Position numbers and translations under genes: made by a program. The notes beneath the pieces are model-generated. The model was not told the DNA's origin and ran no database searches. It was given only the letters and a program-made list of their open reading frames with translations. A DNA stretch of 64,000 nt from Paragordius varius (taxonomy: Eukaryota; Animalia; Nematomorpha), in the NCBI GenBank assembly GCA_964247055.1, contig OZ176050.1:7998001-8062000 (forward strand), written 5' to 3'. Within the stretch, counting starts at the first letter, position 1, and each line of letters begins with the position of its first letter. Below are positions 1-12,510 of this stretch, piece after piece.

Positions 1-405
1 GCGCTTACGTAATTTGTTGTTATTTATTTAAACATAAAATATTAATTTGATAAAACTAACTCATGTTAAATTATGTCTATTTTGTTGGCACCAAACAAAT
101 TTTTTAAATCAATTGAAAATAATAGGAATTATCATTATACACTAAATAACTTATCAGTTTAACTATTAGTAAAACATTGTGCAAAAAATATCAAAACGTA
201 TTTTATCCCAAAAAGAGATAAAAATTGGCGATCACACATAAATAGTCTGCGCATAAAGGCGTTTTATTGTAAACTGCTATGGTTGCTAATAAATTTATTA
301 ATATATAGAACTTAAATGCTTTTTGTATGACAATACATCACAGATGGGGAATAGTTAATAATTTTGCTTAATTTAAAGTATATGTATACATTTTCCAATT
401 AAAAA

Positions 406-2868
406 TTATTTTCTCCATTTTTTATATGTGATATTGGGACTAGTAGTTTGATTAATTGTTGTTTCAGGTGTTATCCTTTTTCGGCTCATTACATTGTTAG
501 TTGGTGCTTCAATAATGTTGGACTTGCAAACTTTGTCCTTTTCACTTTCTAAAACGTTTTTTTCCACATTGAGCGATTCTTGCATTGTTGCCTTTCGAAT
601 TTGTCCCATATCCCCAGTGGAGGAACATGAAATCGGTAAATTCTCCCTGTTTAAGTTTTTATTTAATGGCGAGGAATCAAAATTTTGTGGAGCAAATGGA
701 ATTGAATTGCCCATATTTTGCAGAGTATGCAAGTATAATAGCGATTGTTCTACATTTGGCTGTATGGTGTTGGGTACTGTCGAAAAACTTGATAACGGGG
801 TTCGTAGAGCAGGGTTCGATAATTGAGATAATGTTTGTTGGGCTGCGTGATTTTTCAAGAAATTTGCATACATTTGATTAAAAAAATGGTGGGCCATCTG
901 TCCTTTAGGGTCTGCATTGATTATATTTTCATTATTTTTTAGTGATGAAGTTGACTCCTGACTTCTGTCGTAAAATTGTGGATTAGAAGATGACAACGTA
1001 GTTGGGATAGGAGGAGGCCTTGTTGATAATGAAGGATTATTTTTGCTAAGCATGTTAATAATAACATCTAAACTAGGTTGACTTTCAGCCACTTGTTCTG
1101 ACATTGATAACTGATTTTTAGGGTTTGTAATTAGAGGCGGCTTCCTTGATATGTCAGAGCTTGTTTTAGGTGCAATATAATTTTCCGAAGGAAGAGTATG
1201 CGATGGAAAACATGTATTTTGTTTTGCAGAGTATTCATCCAACTTTCTATTCCACTGATTGGTGTTTGTAGCCGAGGCCAGAAGCATAGCATGGTGCTGT
1301 TGTTGATATGCGGCAGCTGCAGCCATCAAAGAATTGTAATAATATAACATGGGCGCTGTTTGAGGAGGCGGTACAAAAGATGTCCCATACCCGCCGACCG
1401 ATGGAATGTGTGGAAAAGTTGGATTGATTGCAGATTTCGCTGGTGGTTGTATCATAGTTTCAGCCACATTAGGCGATGAAAACATCTGAGCATAGGTTGA
1501 TAACCACGGGTTCATCATAGGTATGGAGGGGACTGTTGGTGGTCCCATAAAGGGATTACTTGCGCACATCAATGGCCCATAATGCATGTAGTATAGGTAA
1601 TAATCAAAAAGCTCTCGTGGAAGATTTTTGTATAAGCGAGGGGAAGTGGTAGACGAATCGCTACTAGGACGAGGAGGGCCCGATCCTTTGACATCAGAGC
1701 CAGACGAAGTCACTGTTTGATGTCCACAAACGTATTTATCTATAAAAGATGGCTTTGATGTATCTTTTAATGGCAGATGTCCCATATTGTTTATAGATGG
1801 TTCTCTCTGTGACATAGAAACAGTACTGGTTTTAAAATGTGATATTGTTTTAATATTCGATTTCGGCCATTCCAATTTATCAGTGACTTTTAAAGCGGAC
1901 GAACAAGGAGGATTAAGCGTCGATGTGACTAAATCAAAGTCCATATTATGTAGCTTTAATGAATTTAACCACTTTTGTCTCCTTACAGATGAGGCATAAC
2001 ATTGAGGTACTTGATGGAAATGATGTGACAATGATTGGGCCATCCGCGTATTGCAAAACGTTTTTGGTAAACTTTGAGCAGGTGTAAACGATGATCCCAT
2101 CATATTTTTACTGCTATACTTTTGACTATAAGGTGTTTTAATAACACCATAATTTAGTTTGCTTTCATTTTGTGGCTGAGGACTATCGCTTGTTTGTGGG
2201 ACATTTGATGGTGGTATCATGCTGGATTTTGGAACACACGGGGGAGTAAAATTCTTTTTGTAATTTGAGACTCCGCTGATGCATGGAGGTAATTGTTGGG
2301 AATGCGAAGACGATAAATGTTTTTCTTTTGCGCTATGGTGGTTACTAGTGACAGGTGTAAAAAGAGATTCCGCATACAATCTAGTAATATTTTTGCTCTG
2401 TTCCATAACTCTGCCAAATTTAGTGCAGGTTTCCTCGAGTTGACTCAAAGGGTTACTGGATGCTACTATTGATGGATCTTCCGTCTATAAACCAATATAA
2501 AAAAATCATTTAAAGCGTGTTTACTTTTTACAATATCATAGAAATAAATATCAATAGTGTTGATGACTTTTTAGCTATCTTTGTTACAAACCGAAACTCC
2601 TACGGTGTAATAAGAATAAATTAATTATGCCCATTGAGTTTTCTCTAAAAAATGGACAACTAACAATTATGTCTATAATTGAATTCGGACGGAAAGGAGT
2701 TAGACTAAAAATTGCAAAATTGAAAAAGATTATTTAAAAGAGCACACATACCCCTTCAATATTTATGATGGATGTATCACTTGAGATGGAATTGGTAGAA
2801 CGAGAGGCCTGAGATTGGGAATCATTGGTTTTGAAAGATTCCAAGTTTCCTCGTTGAGTCATCAACAT
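406..2868 (-). CDS. Two-coding-exon gene (2752..2868, 406..2484), ~731-aa Ser/Pro/Asn/Gln-rich, probably disordered nuclear regulator of unknown family
   Basis: 680-codon ORF extends in frame to acceptor tttatag| at 2484. Upstream exon MLMTQRG...NIEG ends in GGG|gtatgt at 2752; both ends are phase 0. Minus-strand AATAAA at ~294-299 lies downstream of the stop. Poly-Ala/Gln tract, basic C-terminus (SRKR, YKKWRK) and N-terminal NPLSQLEETCTKFG motif. Confidence 0.8.
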
Positions 2869-5800
2869 TTCATATCAAAAATTATAAACTGAAGAAAAGA
2901 AAAGTGAAAATGTTATAAATATATAGGGCTTCTATTTTGGATAAAGAACAAATAAAAAATTCTGAATGTATATGTGTATATGGACGGTTAGAGAAAAAAA
3001 TAGTATTAGTAATTATTATGTATAGTATATTTTTCGTAGGGGATATGATTTATATATGTGCCGTATATTAAATATGTATCAAAAGTACAAAGAGATTCTC
3101 ACACATATGAATAACCGCCGCCGAAATCACAAACTTTAAGTATGGTAAGTAAAAGAAGAATGATGTATATAAAAATCATAAAATTTAAATATTCTTTTTT
3201 TGTAATGCCAATACGGTCAAAATAAAAGAGTTTATATTCATAAATTTTAACAAAAAAACAAAATTTTTTAGTGATGTTTTCGGGAATGATTATAAAACTA
3301 AAAGGAAATGAGTTTTTTAGAAAAAAGGCGTAAATGATTTGTGGAAGGGCCACTAAAATGATTTATCATCGATAGAAAAAACAATTAGATAGATGTTTAT
3401 GGTAAAATTATGAAGATTTTCTTAGGAGAAACGACAAGATAGATGGGGGGACCATAATATATTTATAAAAAATAATTTGTTTGATTTAGAGAGGTTAAGT
3501 GTAAAAGGAGTGCGCAGCATTATTTAACAAAAATTCTTCTTTCTTTGATACATATATATATCGTTGCGCTGTTTTTGCCTTATATTTTATTTTGGTGATA
3601 TATTATTATTATTACAAGGCAGCAATAACAACAGAGAATGCGACAGCTTCTATAGATGGGAGATGGCTAATATTATAAATATGGTTACATTAAAATTAAG
3701 TTATTCTTAAAAATAGTTAAATTAGTGTGCACAATAATATATAAGTTTTAATGGAATATATGTGTGATCTATTTCTGTTTTTTTACTTGAATTTTTATTA
3801 TATATTCAAAAATTTTATTGTAATATTACCAAAAAACACCGCTTTTCCTACAAAATTTATGTTTATATGTTTTTTTTTCTTTGATACGGTGTATAATAAT
3901 TAAACGATGTGTATTTTACAATTTTTTGTATGGGATAGAAAGATGGATGATAGCTAATGTAGTATAAAAAACGGCTATTTAAACAAAGACACGACGGACG
4001 CAAAGTGAAAAGATGTGATTTTTTAACACGAAATTATTTTTTGAAGATAAAAAATATGTAATGTGAAGTGAAGACTGTTATAATAATAGTTTATATTTTT
4101 TAAATTACAACATACTACATATTTTACCATGTTTTATCCATAATAATCATAACAATAGACTTACACACCTATTTTTTAGAAATTAAACGTAAGGCTTCCT
4201 TTAATTTATTCACTTGAATATATATATCTATTATCTTATAGTATGTCTTGTGTTAATGAATAATAAAAATGATAAATGTTATTGTTCTTCTTTTTAAATG
4301 ACACATAAATTCCTTTATTATTCAATTAACACCGACAGCGTCCGTGTGGAAAAGGCATAGCAGGTAGTAATTTGTCGGAACTATTTCTAACACTTTGTTT
4401 TGGTAATAAAAAGCAGTGATTTATTCTAATTCAGCCATGGTGATTTATATTGTGTAATTTATCAAGATAATTGGAATCGAAAATATGCTATAATTGGTTT
4501 TTATGAATGTTATTAATCATACAAAAATCAATATTTAAAATTAAAGATCCCAAGTATTAATGTTAAATATGAATACGCTTTTAATATAATAATACCTTAA
4601 ATATTGGTTATACAAAAAACGAATAAAAATACGTTTTTAACCCTAAAATTCTTCTAGTTTACAACTCAATTAATATCATTTTGACCTAGCTTTCCAAAAT
4701 TTTATATTTGTATAAAGAATGATATTTTCGTAATATGATAATTGATGAGCCACGCAAAAACACACATAACTCAATTCATGATTCATACTACTGCGAAATA
4801 TATTACCATTATGATATATTTTACGATAACTCTACGGAACATAAAAAAATTTTAGATATATCTATCACATTTTCACATAAATAATGTATGAAAAAAGATT
4901 TTGAAATATAAAATCCAAAAAAGAAAAAGAAAAATTGATATATATAATATATTTAATTTTCGTTTGCAAAACATAAAAGAGCGGCATGCGGTAATTAGAA
5001 AAACATTAAAACAACTCTCACTAAGAGTTAAAAACACGTAAAAATTTCGTATGTAATGCTTTTTTATCTAATTACGATTACTCTTTCTCGGAAAATTCGA
5101 ATTGTATCAAATTTTGATGCGGATTAATATCATGTTTAACCATTTTTCGCTTTATTTACAAATCATGGTAATTTAGGACTTAATCTATTTATTTACTAAT
5201 TAGGGTAAGTCAAATAGTTATATTTTGTAATAAGACATCATAGGTTAGTTTTTAAATTCATGTATTAGTTAAATTAATAGTAGTTTGATATAGGCCTTTG
5301 GTGAATTCGTTAAAAACTGCCTATTTAATAATGTATATTATTTTATGGTAATTTACGTGTCTTTAAAATTTTAGGGTTTGTTTTATCTTAGCTTATTGTA
5401 AAAAAATGACAGAGTATGTAAATAAAGTAATCCTATCATATAGGATTATATTTCTTACTTCAGAATTTATGAGCGAATAATTTGCGTTAATCATATAATT
5501 TAAGAATTGGATATAATGACAAATGAATCAGGAATCGGCAGTAAAACTATCATATCTTAGAAACTCTTTAGTTTTAATCTTTAACCTTAAGATAATATGC
5601 TTATTCATCGTGAAGACGATTTTTCTCTGGCGGTTCCTACTTTGGCTACACACATATTAAAATATATTTTATAGAAGATTGGGCTATTTATTTCTTAAGA
5701 CAGACAATGTAGACAAATTATCTAATCTTGTATATCTTTGGGAGATAATTAAGATATTTTTGCATGCAAAACACATTCAACCGCACTTTGGTGTATTTAG

Positions 5801-6015
5801 GTGTGGGGAAAGTTTCAAAGGGAATAAATAATATAAAACTAAATAAAACTCTCTTTATTTGACTGCTGTGTATAAGTTATAATATGATTAGATCAAAGGA
5901 AGTTACAAAGAATAAAGAATATAGATAGGATAATAGATTGATACATGATAAATTTGGTTATGTAGAGTGTGTCAATATACTACACCAACCAATACAAAAG
6001 TGTCGCGCTTTCATT

Positions 6016-6020
<5 letters not shown>

Positions 6021-6053
<33 letters not shown>
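6021..6053. repeat. (TA)n microsatellite
   Basis: Uninterrupted TA run seen directly. Confidence 0.95.
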
Positions 6054-6057
<4 letters not shown>

Positions 6058-8343
6058 TAGATATTAATATGTTACGCCATTTAACTCAAAAAGACCGGTC
6101 GGCAATAAAGAGACCTACAGATAGACATATATCAAAATATTTTTATTGCTCTCACTAATTCTACCATCATTTTTACATATGTGAAAACGTTCGTTCCATA
6201 AATAACTACTGTGTCACACACCAATATTAATGTGTGCCAAAATATATTTTTTATAGCTATATTTTATTATAATAAAATAGTAGGAGAGTGATTTTTATCC
6301 AAATATAAATGTGGTTAATCTATTTGTGATGGTGCCCCCCTTATATGTTTCATTTTGATTGCATTTTTTGTTCGAAACAGTTTTTCCCGCTTATGTGTCA
6401 ATTCTTTCTCTCTCTATCTCTCTTTGACTCTTTTTAGCTCCCTTGATATGTATAGCCTGGTGTTTTATTCGTATATATGACATAATACCGACACCAAAAA
6501 AATAAAATAAAAATAATAAAATATGGTGATGCTACACTACTACACTTTGAAAAATTGTCGCACATTCGTTTTTTATGACATTTTTAGATGTGGACAATGA
6601 AATGTGTAATAGATAGTTATTATATATAGATAGATGTGAAAACTACATGTTATCTGTACAATTAAATATGATATATTTATACGATAATAAATATAAATAA
6701 AAAATTTCCTTTGATCTATGGACACATACATACTGTACAATATTAATTTTTAGTATTAGGGACAGATTTTATGAGTGAAACAGATTTAGATGGGACAAAA
6801 ATTTGAAATTATCTTTGACACCCGTTCATCCTCTTTATCTGTTTATTTATTGTGATATTTATATGATGATTAGGTTATAAAAAACATCAAAATAATCAAC
6901 CCCGGAAGAAAATTGTTTAATAAGACTCATTAAAACTAAAACATTTTTAAAATAGCAAATTATAAAATGATAAAATGGTTTCGTTATCTTTTATTTGACC
7001 AAAACATTATCCCTACGTGGCAACTTATATCAAAATAAAAGATATTATTCAAAATTTTAATGAACGGATAAACTTTAATTTAATAAAGTTAGCTAAATTT
7101 GGATGGTGTCATAACGTTATCAATTAATGTCAGTATAGAAATTTAGCCAAAATCCAAAAACGCAAACTGTTCCCACATTCATAAAATTGTCTGATTCGAA
7201 CGAATTTAGGCGTTTTTTAAACACAGTTAATATTTATCGCAAAATCTTCTTATCTCACGATTGCGGCTATTTTGCGTTACTGTTAAGACAGAAGTGTAAT
7301 TTATTGAATTTTCACTAACCTAAATGTAGGATGAAAACATAATTATAAATTTTAATGCTAACTAAATATTTGAACAGGTAAAAATATTCAGAAAAACTAC
7401 ACAGTGGGTAGCCGCAAAAGATACCTAGTTCAAATAATTTAAAAATATTTTGCATCTAGCCTATAATCACGGTAACAACTCTTTTGTCTTAAACTTGAAT
7501 GTAAAACTATTAAATAAAAAATTTGTTGTGATTAATATCTTCAGCTTGGACTATGTTATTTTTATACACCTGTTTATGAACGTGATCAGCTTAACAAACT
7601 CCTTTTGTTTAATTTTGAATTAAAACTGAGCGTTTTTTTCTAGAATAAATTGCATAAAAACATTTTATCGCTGCGCTTTGGTCTCGTTTCAGACATCAGA
7701 CCATATATTTATGTTTGATTTGCGGTTAAAACATTTGGAGTAAGGAATAAAATAAATATTTTTAAATTTATATAATGAGAAATAATTTGTTGTAACATAT
7801 AATTTCTTCCAAAACATATAACTTAATGCAAGCCTATTCAAGGATGGTTTAATAAATATAAAATATTGACGTAGTTGTATTAAGCTTTATGTGCCCCTAT
7901 CGGATAACAACTAATTTCTGATATTTTAGTAGTCTTTAAATGCGTTTACTAATTTTTCAGAATCTCTCTGCCCAAATGTAATCCCCTAAATAATCACTAT
8001 TTAAAATTTGTCAGGCAAAAAATTAGCTCTTTTTTTCCAACAACATATTCTTTTCAGAGCAATATAAAAGGTCATTAAAAATAATTATTCAAATTAAATC
8101 ATTTCATGGTTTTATCCAATCAATTTGCATAATAGAAATGTTCAAGAATTTGCATTTTACACGAAAAATAACCTTTTTAAAAAAGTTGAGAAAGATATTC
8201 CGCCGCAAATTACATTATAGCCACTATGAGGCTGTTGTATGATGTAAAAATGTTTATATCTTTTTGTTAACCTTATTGTGCGCATCTTTGACAGTTTACT
8301 TTTAAGGATCTAATTATTTGTCATTAAACTTATTATAATATTA

Positions 8344-9498
8344 CAGTAAATGTTAATTTTTAATATCAAGAATTTTTTTTTTAATCCATGTGGCATTTTT
8401 TTATCCTTTTAAAAGTTGTTTTACAAGCATATAAAAAATAACACTTACATATATATTTAAATGTACTTACATGTCCCTTTTCGGTACACATATATAAGAG
8501 ATATATATGCAATATGTTCCTCTTCTCGCTACATTTCTTATTTGAGAAATGGTAACATTGCATATGTGTTTTGCCTACTTTGATAAATATTTAGGTTTGA
8601 TATAACATTTTTAATAAAATTAGGTATTAATCAGTATGTTATGTGTTGTGCATACTTTGATTTTTAATTTATAAGTTTATATATTTTTTTTATAAAAAAT
8701 ATTAAGTTTTTATTATTTTGTCAAAAAGAAATTTAGAATAAATATATAGTTTTTGTGAAGAAGATAATAGAAAGTTTGCCATCAACATCAGATTAACTAT
8801 GGCACATTAATAACCCGACTCCAGATATTAAAAAAAGTCAGGAAAGATGCCATTTCAATGTGGAAGAATTGATTGAAAACTTAACTCAAATTCTTGAAAA
8901 TATTCAGCACATTCATTTTCTTAAGTATTATGAGCACACCAAAAAAATTGTCAAAAATATTTGCTTAAATAAATTACCACTTGTGAAATAATTAATTATA
9001 AATGGTATTATTTTACCATTTTTCGTGACATTTCTCAGTTTAACTAATTATAGGTGATATAGTGTTTTCAAAAAAAGTCAGCAAAATCAAATCAATATTT
9101 AAATTTGTATAATACAAGTTTTATTACGCACATAAGCGATTTACATGTTAATTTCAAATATATTTTTAAAGTCTTTTCTGAAATATTTTTTAATTAATTA
9201 TTATAAACTTAATTTTTTATAAAAAAAATTATATATAAAACCTAAAAAATTATTTAATGAAGTAGCAACACATATGCAATGTTACCATTTCTATAATGAG
9301 ATATGTAGCGAAAAGGGGAACATATTGCAATGTTAATATATCTCTCATATATGTGTACCGAAAAGGGACATGTAAGTACATTTAAATATATATGTAAGTG
9401 TTATTTTTTATATGCTTGTAAAACAACTTTTAAAAGGATAAAAAAATGCCACATGGATTAAAAAAAAAATTCTTGATATTAAAAATTAACATTTACTG
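8344..9498. mobile_element. Tc1/mariner-like non-autonomous DNA transposon with long inverted repeats
   Basis: TA|CAGTAAATG...CATTTACTG|TA ends. Arms 8344..8495 and 9347..9498 are identical by eye (152 bp) and continue with mismatches to ~8580/9260. Confidence 0.9.
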
Positions 9499-12088
9499 TA
9501 ATAATAATTATTATTATTATAAAATTTTTAATGGTATATACATGGATATTTTGTATATTATGTGTGCTGGCTGGTTGACATTCTTTTAGTATCATCAAAC
9601 AAGAAACATTCAAAGAAAGATAGAATTTTTTTGCAAAAATTTACACATAATAGATATGCGGATATATATATATATATATATACGTATAAAATAGTCTTTG
9701 TCGCGCTCTCTTTGAGCGGATAAAATGTAATAAATTATATTTTTACGTAACATCTCACATCACATTATTTAAATGAGTGTAAATATTAGTTTGTATTATT
9801 ATTATTATTAAAAAATTATACACAGCATTTTGTGATCAAAAGAGGACGGACGAACGGAAGATATACATTGTTGGTCTTTCTGTGTTTAGTTTTTATTTTG
9901 ACAAATTACATATTAATAATCATTATTTCATCGTATTGTGTTATTATTAATATTATATCATATAATTATTATTAATACCAGCGAATTCTATAACTATAGT
10001 TCTCGTTAGAATTATTAAAATTTCAATTATATTATGTTTTTAATTAATTTATTTAAATTATTGATAGATACTTTATAGTTGAGGTAATACATAATGATTG
10101 CCAAAAATTTAGGATTCTCTAAAATAAAATATGGTATAATAAATATTCTGGTTAAGATTATGATAGCCATTATCTGTTGCATATAGTATAATCCTGTAAA
10201 GGACACATCTAATTATCCAAATCTAAAAATACTATTTAAATAATTTATATATATACATTTTATACAACAATTTGTGAGCTTTAAATTTAATTTTTCGTTA
10301 AAATTAAATCGTTATTCATAAAAAACATATGAATAGCAGCACAAATGTAATAATAGTCAAAGGAATAAAAATAAAAAAATCTAAAAAACTATATATTACT
10401 AGTTACATTATTTTATTGTTGTTTGAAATTTTAGACACATAAAATGAGATGGAGAGAGAGAATAAAGAAATTGTCAAATCTGTCAAACTTGGTGTCGTTT
10501 TTTCTTTCTTTATAAGTTCTAGCATGATTGCTTTTGTGACACACAGTGTGTCCGTATTTTTATTATTAATTTCTTTGATCATTCAATACGTTGTTTCATT
10601 TTTTAGATTAGTTAGTTTATATGTAGTATATATGTTTCTTTTTACTATATGTATATATATATTAAAATTTAGACACGTAACAAAAGCCACCAAAATTTAA
10701 CTAAGATTAGAATAGAACTGTCAAACAATTGAAACACAGCACAGAGCGCGACAATTTGATTCAAACTCTCATTTTTATTATTCTTTAAAACATACTAGCA
10801 CTATCAAGAGTAGCAAATCTGTTCTATTGAGATATGAATTCCCGCAAACCAAGGAAAACGGGGGAACTCTAATGATTGTTTTAATCCATCTATTATTGTC
10901 AAATATTTCTTTGTATTCTTATTCAGACAAAGTAGTAAAATTCTCATGTGTTTGTCATTTTCTTTTGTTTTTGAAGCTTATCTATCCAAAAAGTAAAATT
11001 TTAAAAGATATTGTTGACCAGCTATCATATAGAAAACAATATCTTGCTTTAATCCATGTTAGTGTGGCTGGCATGTTTTACCATAAAACTAAACTTTCAA
11101 AGAATATTTTGATATACGAAAATTGAGATATCATTAACATGTACTAATTCGTTTTTAATGTGTTTGGTAACTTATTGATTATAATAACAAGAAATATTAT
11201 TGATTTTAAAGGTATTTTTGGAATAAAGAACTAAAATAAATCTTAATTCTTATGCACCCCTTATGAAAAACCCTAATCAATTATATGGTTTTGACTGTAA
11301 TATCTTAGCTGGTAAATCAATGATTGTAAATCTCCCCTTATACTACCTAAAATATTATATTCTTTTTCACATACAAAACAACTTTATAAATTCATCTCAT
11401 ATCACTAATAAGACAAAGATTTTAACCATTCTTTGTCCGAAAATATATTTTTTCTTTGAGAAATTAATAGTTTGATATCAGAGTCATATGAGTATTAGCA
11501 AAGAATCAATTATACATACATTTTTACTAATAGTTATAAATTTTAGATTAATAATATCAAAGAAAGAAATCTAAGAAGCTTTATTAATCTTTTAATTTGT
11601 AAGGCGCACAGTTACAAGTTGTATCTGGTATTTAATATAAGAGTAGAAACTCGATATCTTAAAAACGTTTTTTAATATAATTTATTAATATTTGGTTTCT
11701 CCCAGAACAAATAAATCCTCTTTGCACACTAAAGAGAGAAAGTTGTTAAATAAAACCTAACATTGATAATTTTTTATTTATAAATATTTGTAAACCAATT
11801 CTTTTGATGGATAATGAGTTCTAAAAAAATATAATTTCTGTAATTGAACACACATGTCTTAAAATTTCAATATGATAAAGAGCTAAAAGAACAACACTAT
11901 CATTAAAATATAAATATGACATCTCAAATTTTCCTATCCAAAGACATTTTTGTTGATAATTTGTCCTTATTCCATTTTTTAACTTCCAAGGTTTAAAACT
12001 GATAATTAGGTGTAACAAGTTGTGGTGACATTTTTTGGGCTTATAAAATTTCATTATCACAATATTTTATTAAAAAAAACTTCTAAAG

Positions 12089-12279
12089 CAGGAATGTCCA
12101 ACTCGATTTTTTTAGGTGAGCAAAAGTGCTTTAAAAAATCTTGAAAAATAAAAAATTGGATAACAATCAAAAATTTTATTATTAAGAAGATAGATCATCC
12201 AAATTTGGGCTCAAAATAAATAAAAAACCAAAAATTTTTATTAAAACAGTCGCGAAGATATTTGAGTTGGAGACCCCTG
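12089..12279. mobile_element. hAT (Charlie/Buster-type) MITE, 191 bp
   Basis: Termini CAGGAATGTCCAACTC and GAGTTGGAGACCCCTG (reverse complement CAGGGGTCTCCAACTC). 8-bp flanks TTCTAAAG and TACTACAG (6/8 identical, central TA) fit a decayed hAT target duplication. Confidence 0.7.
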
Positions 12280-12479
12280 TACTACAGAGAAATAGTATGA
12301 AAAGGAGCTTTGACAAAATATTTAAGTGATTTTGCATTCGATTTTTCGCTTTGAACATGTTGTTTAATTTTTTGGTAATTTATTTAATTTAATACAAAAA
12401 TAATAAATTATAGGATAAATCAATTTTATGATTATTTCTTTATATATGTTTTAGTGCAATAAAAAACAACGTTTTAACC

Positions 12480-12480
<1 letters not shown>

Positions 12481-12507
<27 letters not shown>
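12481..12507. repeat. (TA)n microsatellite
   Basis: TA run seen directly. Confidence 0.95.

Positions 12508-12510
<3 letters not shown>

Noticed and set aside
494-2417. Overlapping ORFs 494..826, 585..881, 1787..1999 and 2217..2417
   Set aside because: Antisense or alternate-frame shadows of the 693-codon exon with no recognisable motifs.
4320-4400. Possible spliced-leader RNA (CAG|GTAG followed by AATTTGTC)
   Set aside because: Single copy, no recognisable leader or stem-loop pattern, and the Sm-like site is too close to the donor.
10449-11475. Three consecutive short plus-strand ORFs (83, 99 and 70 aa)
   Set aside because: F/I/L/Y-rich composition typical of random AT-rich frames; no motif and no consistent splice pattern joining them.
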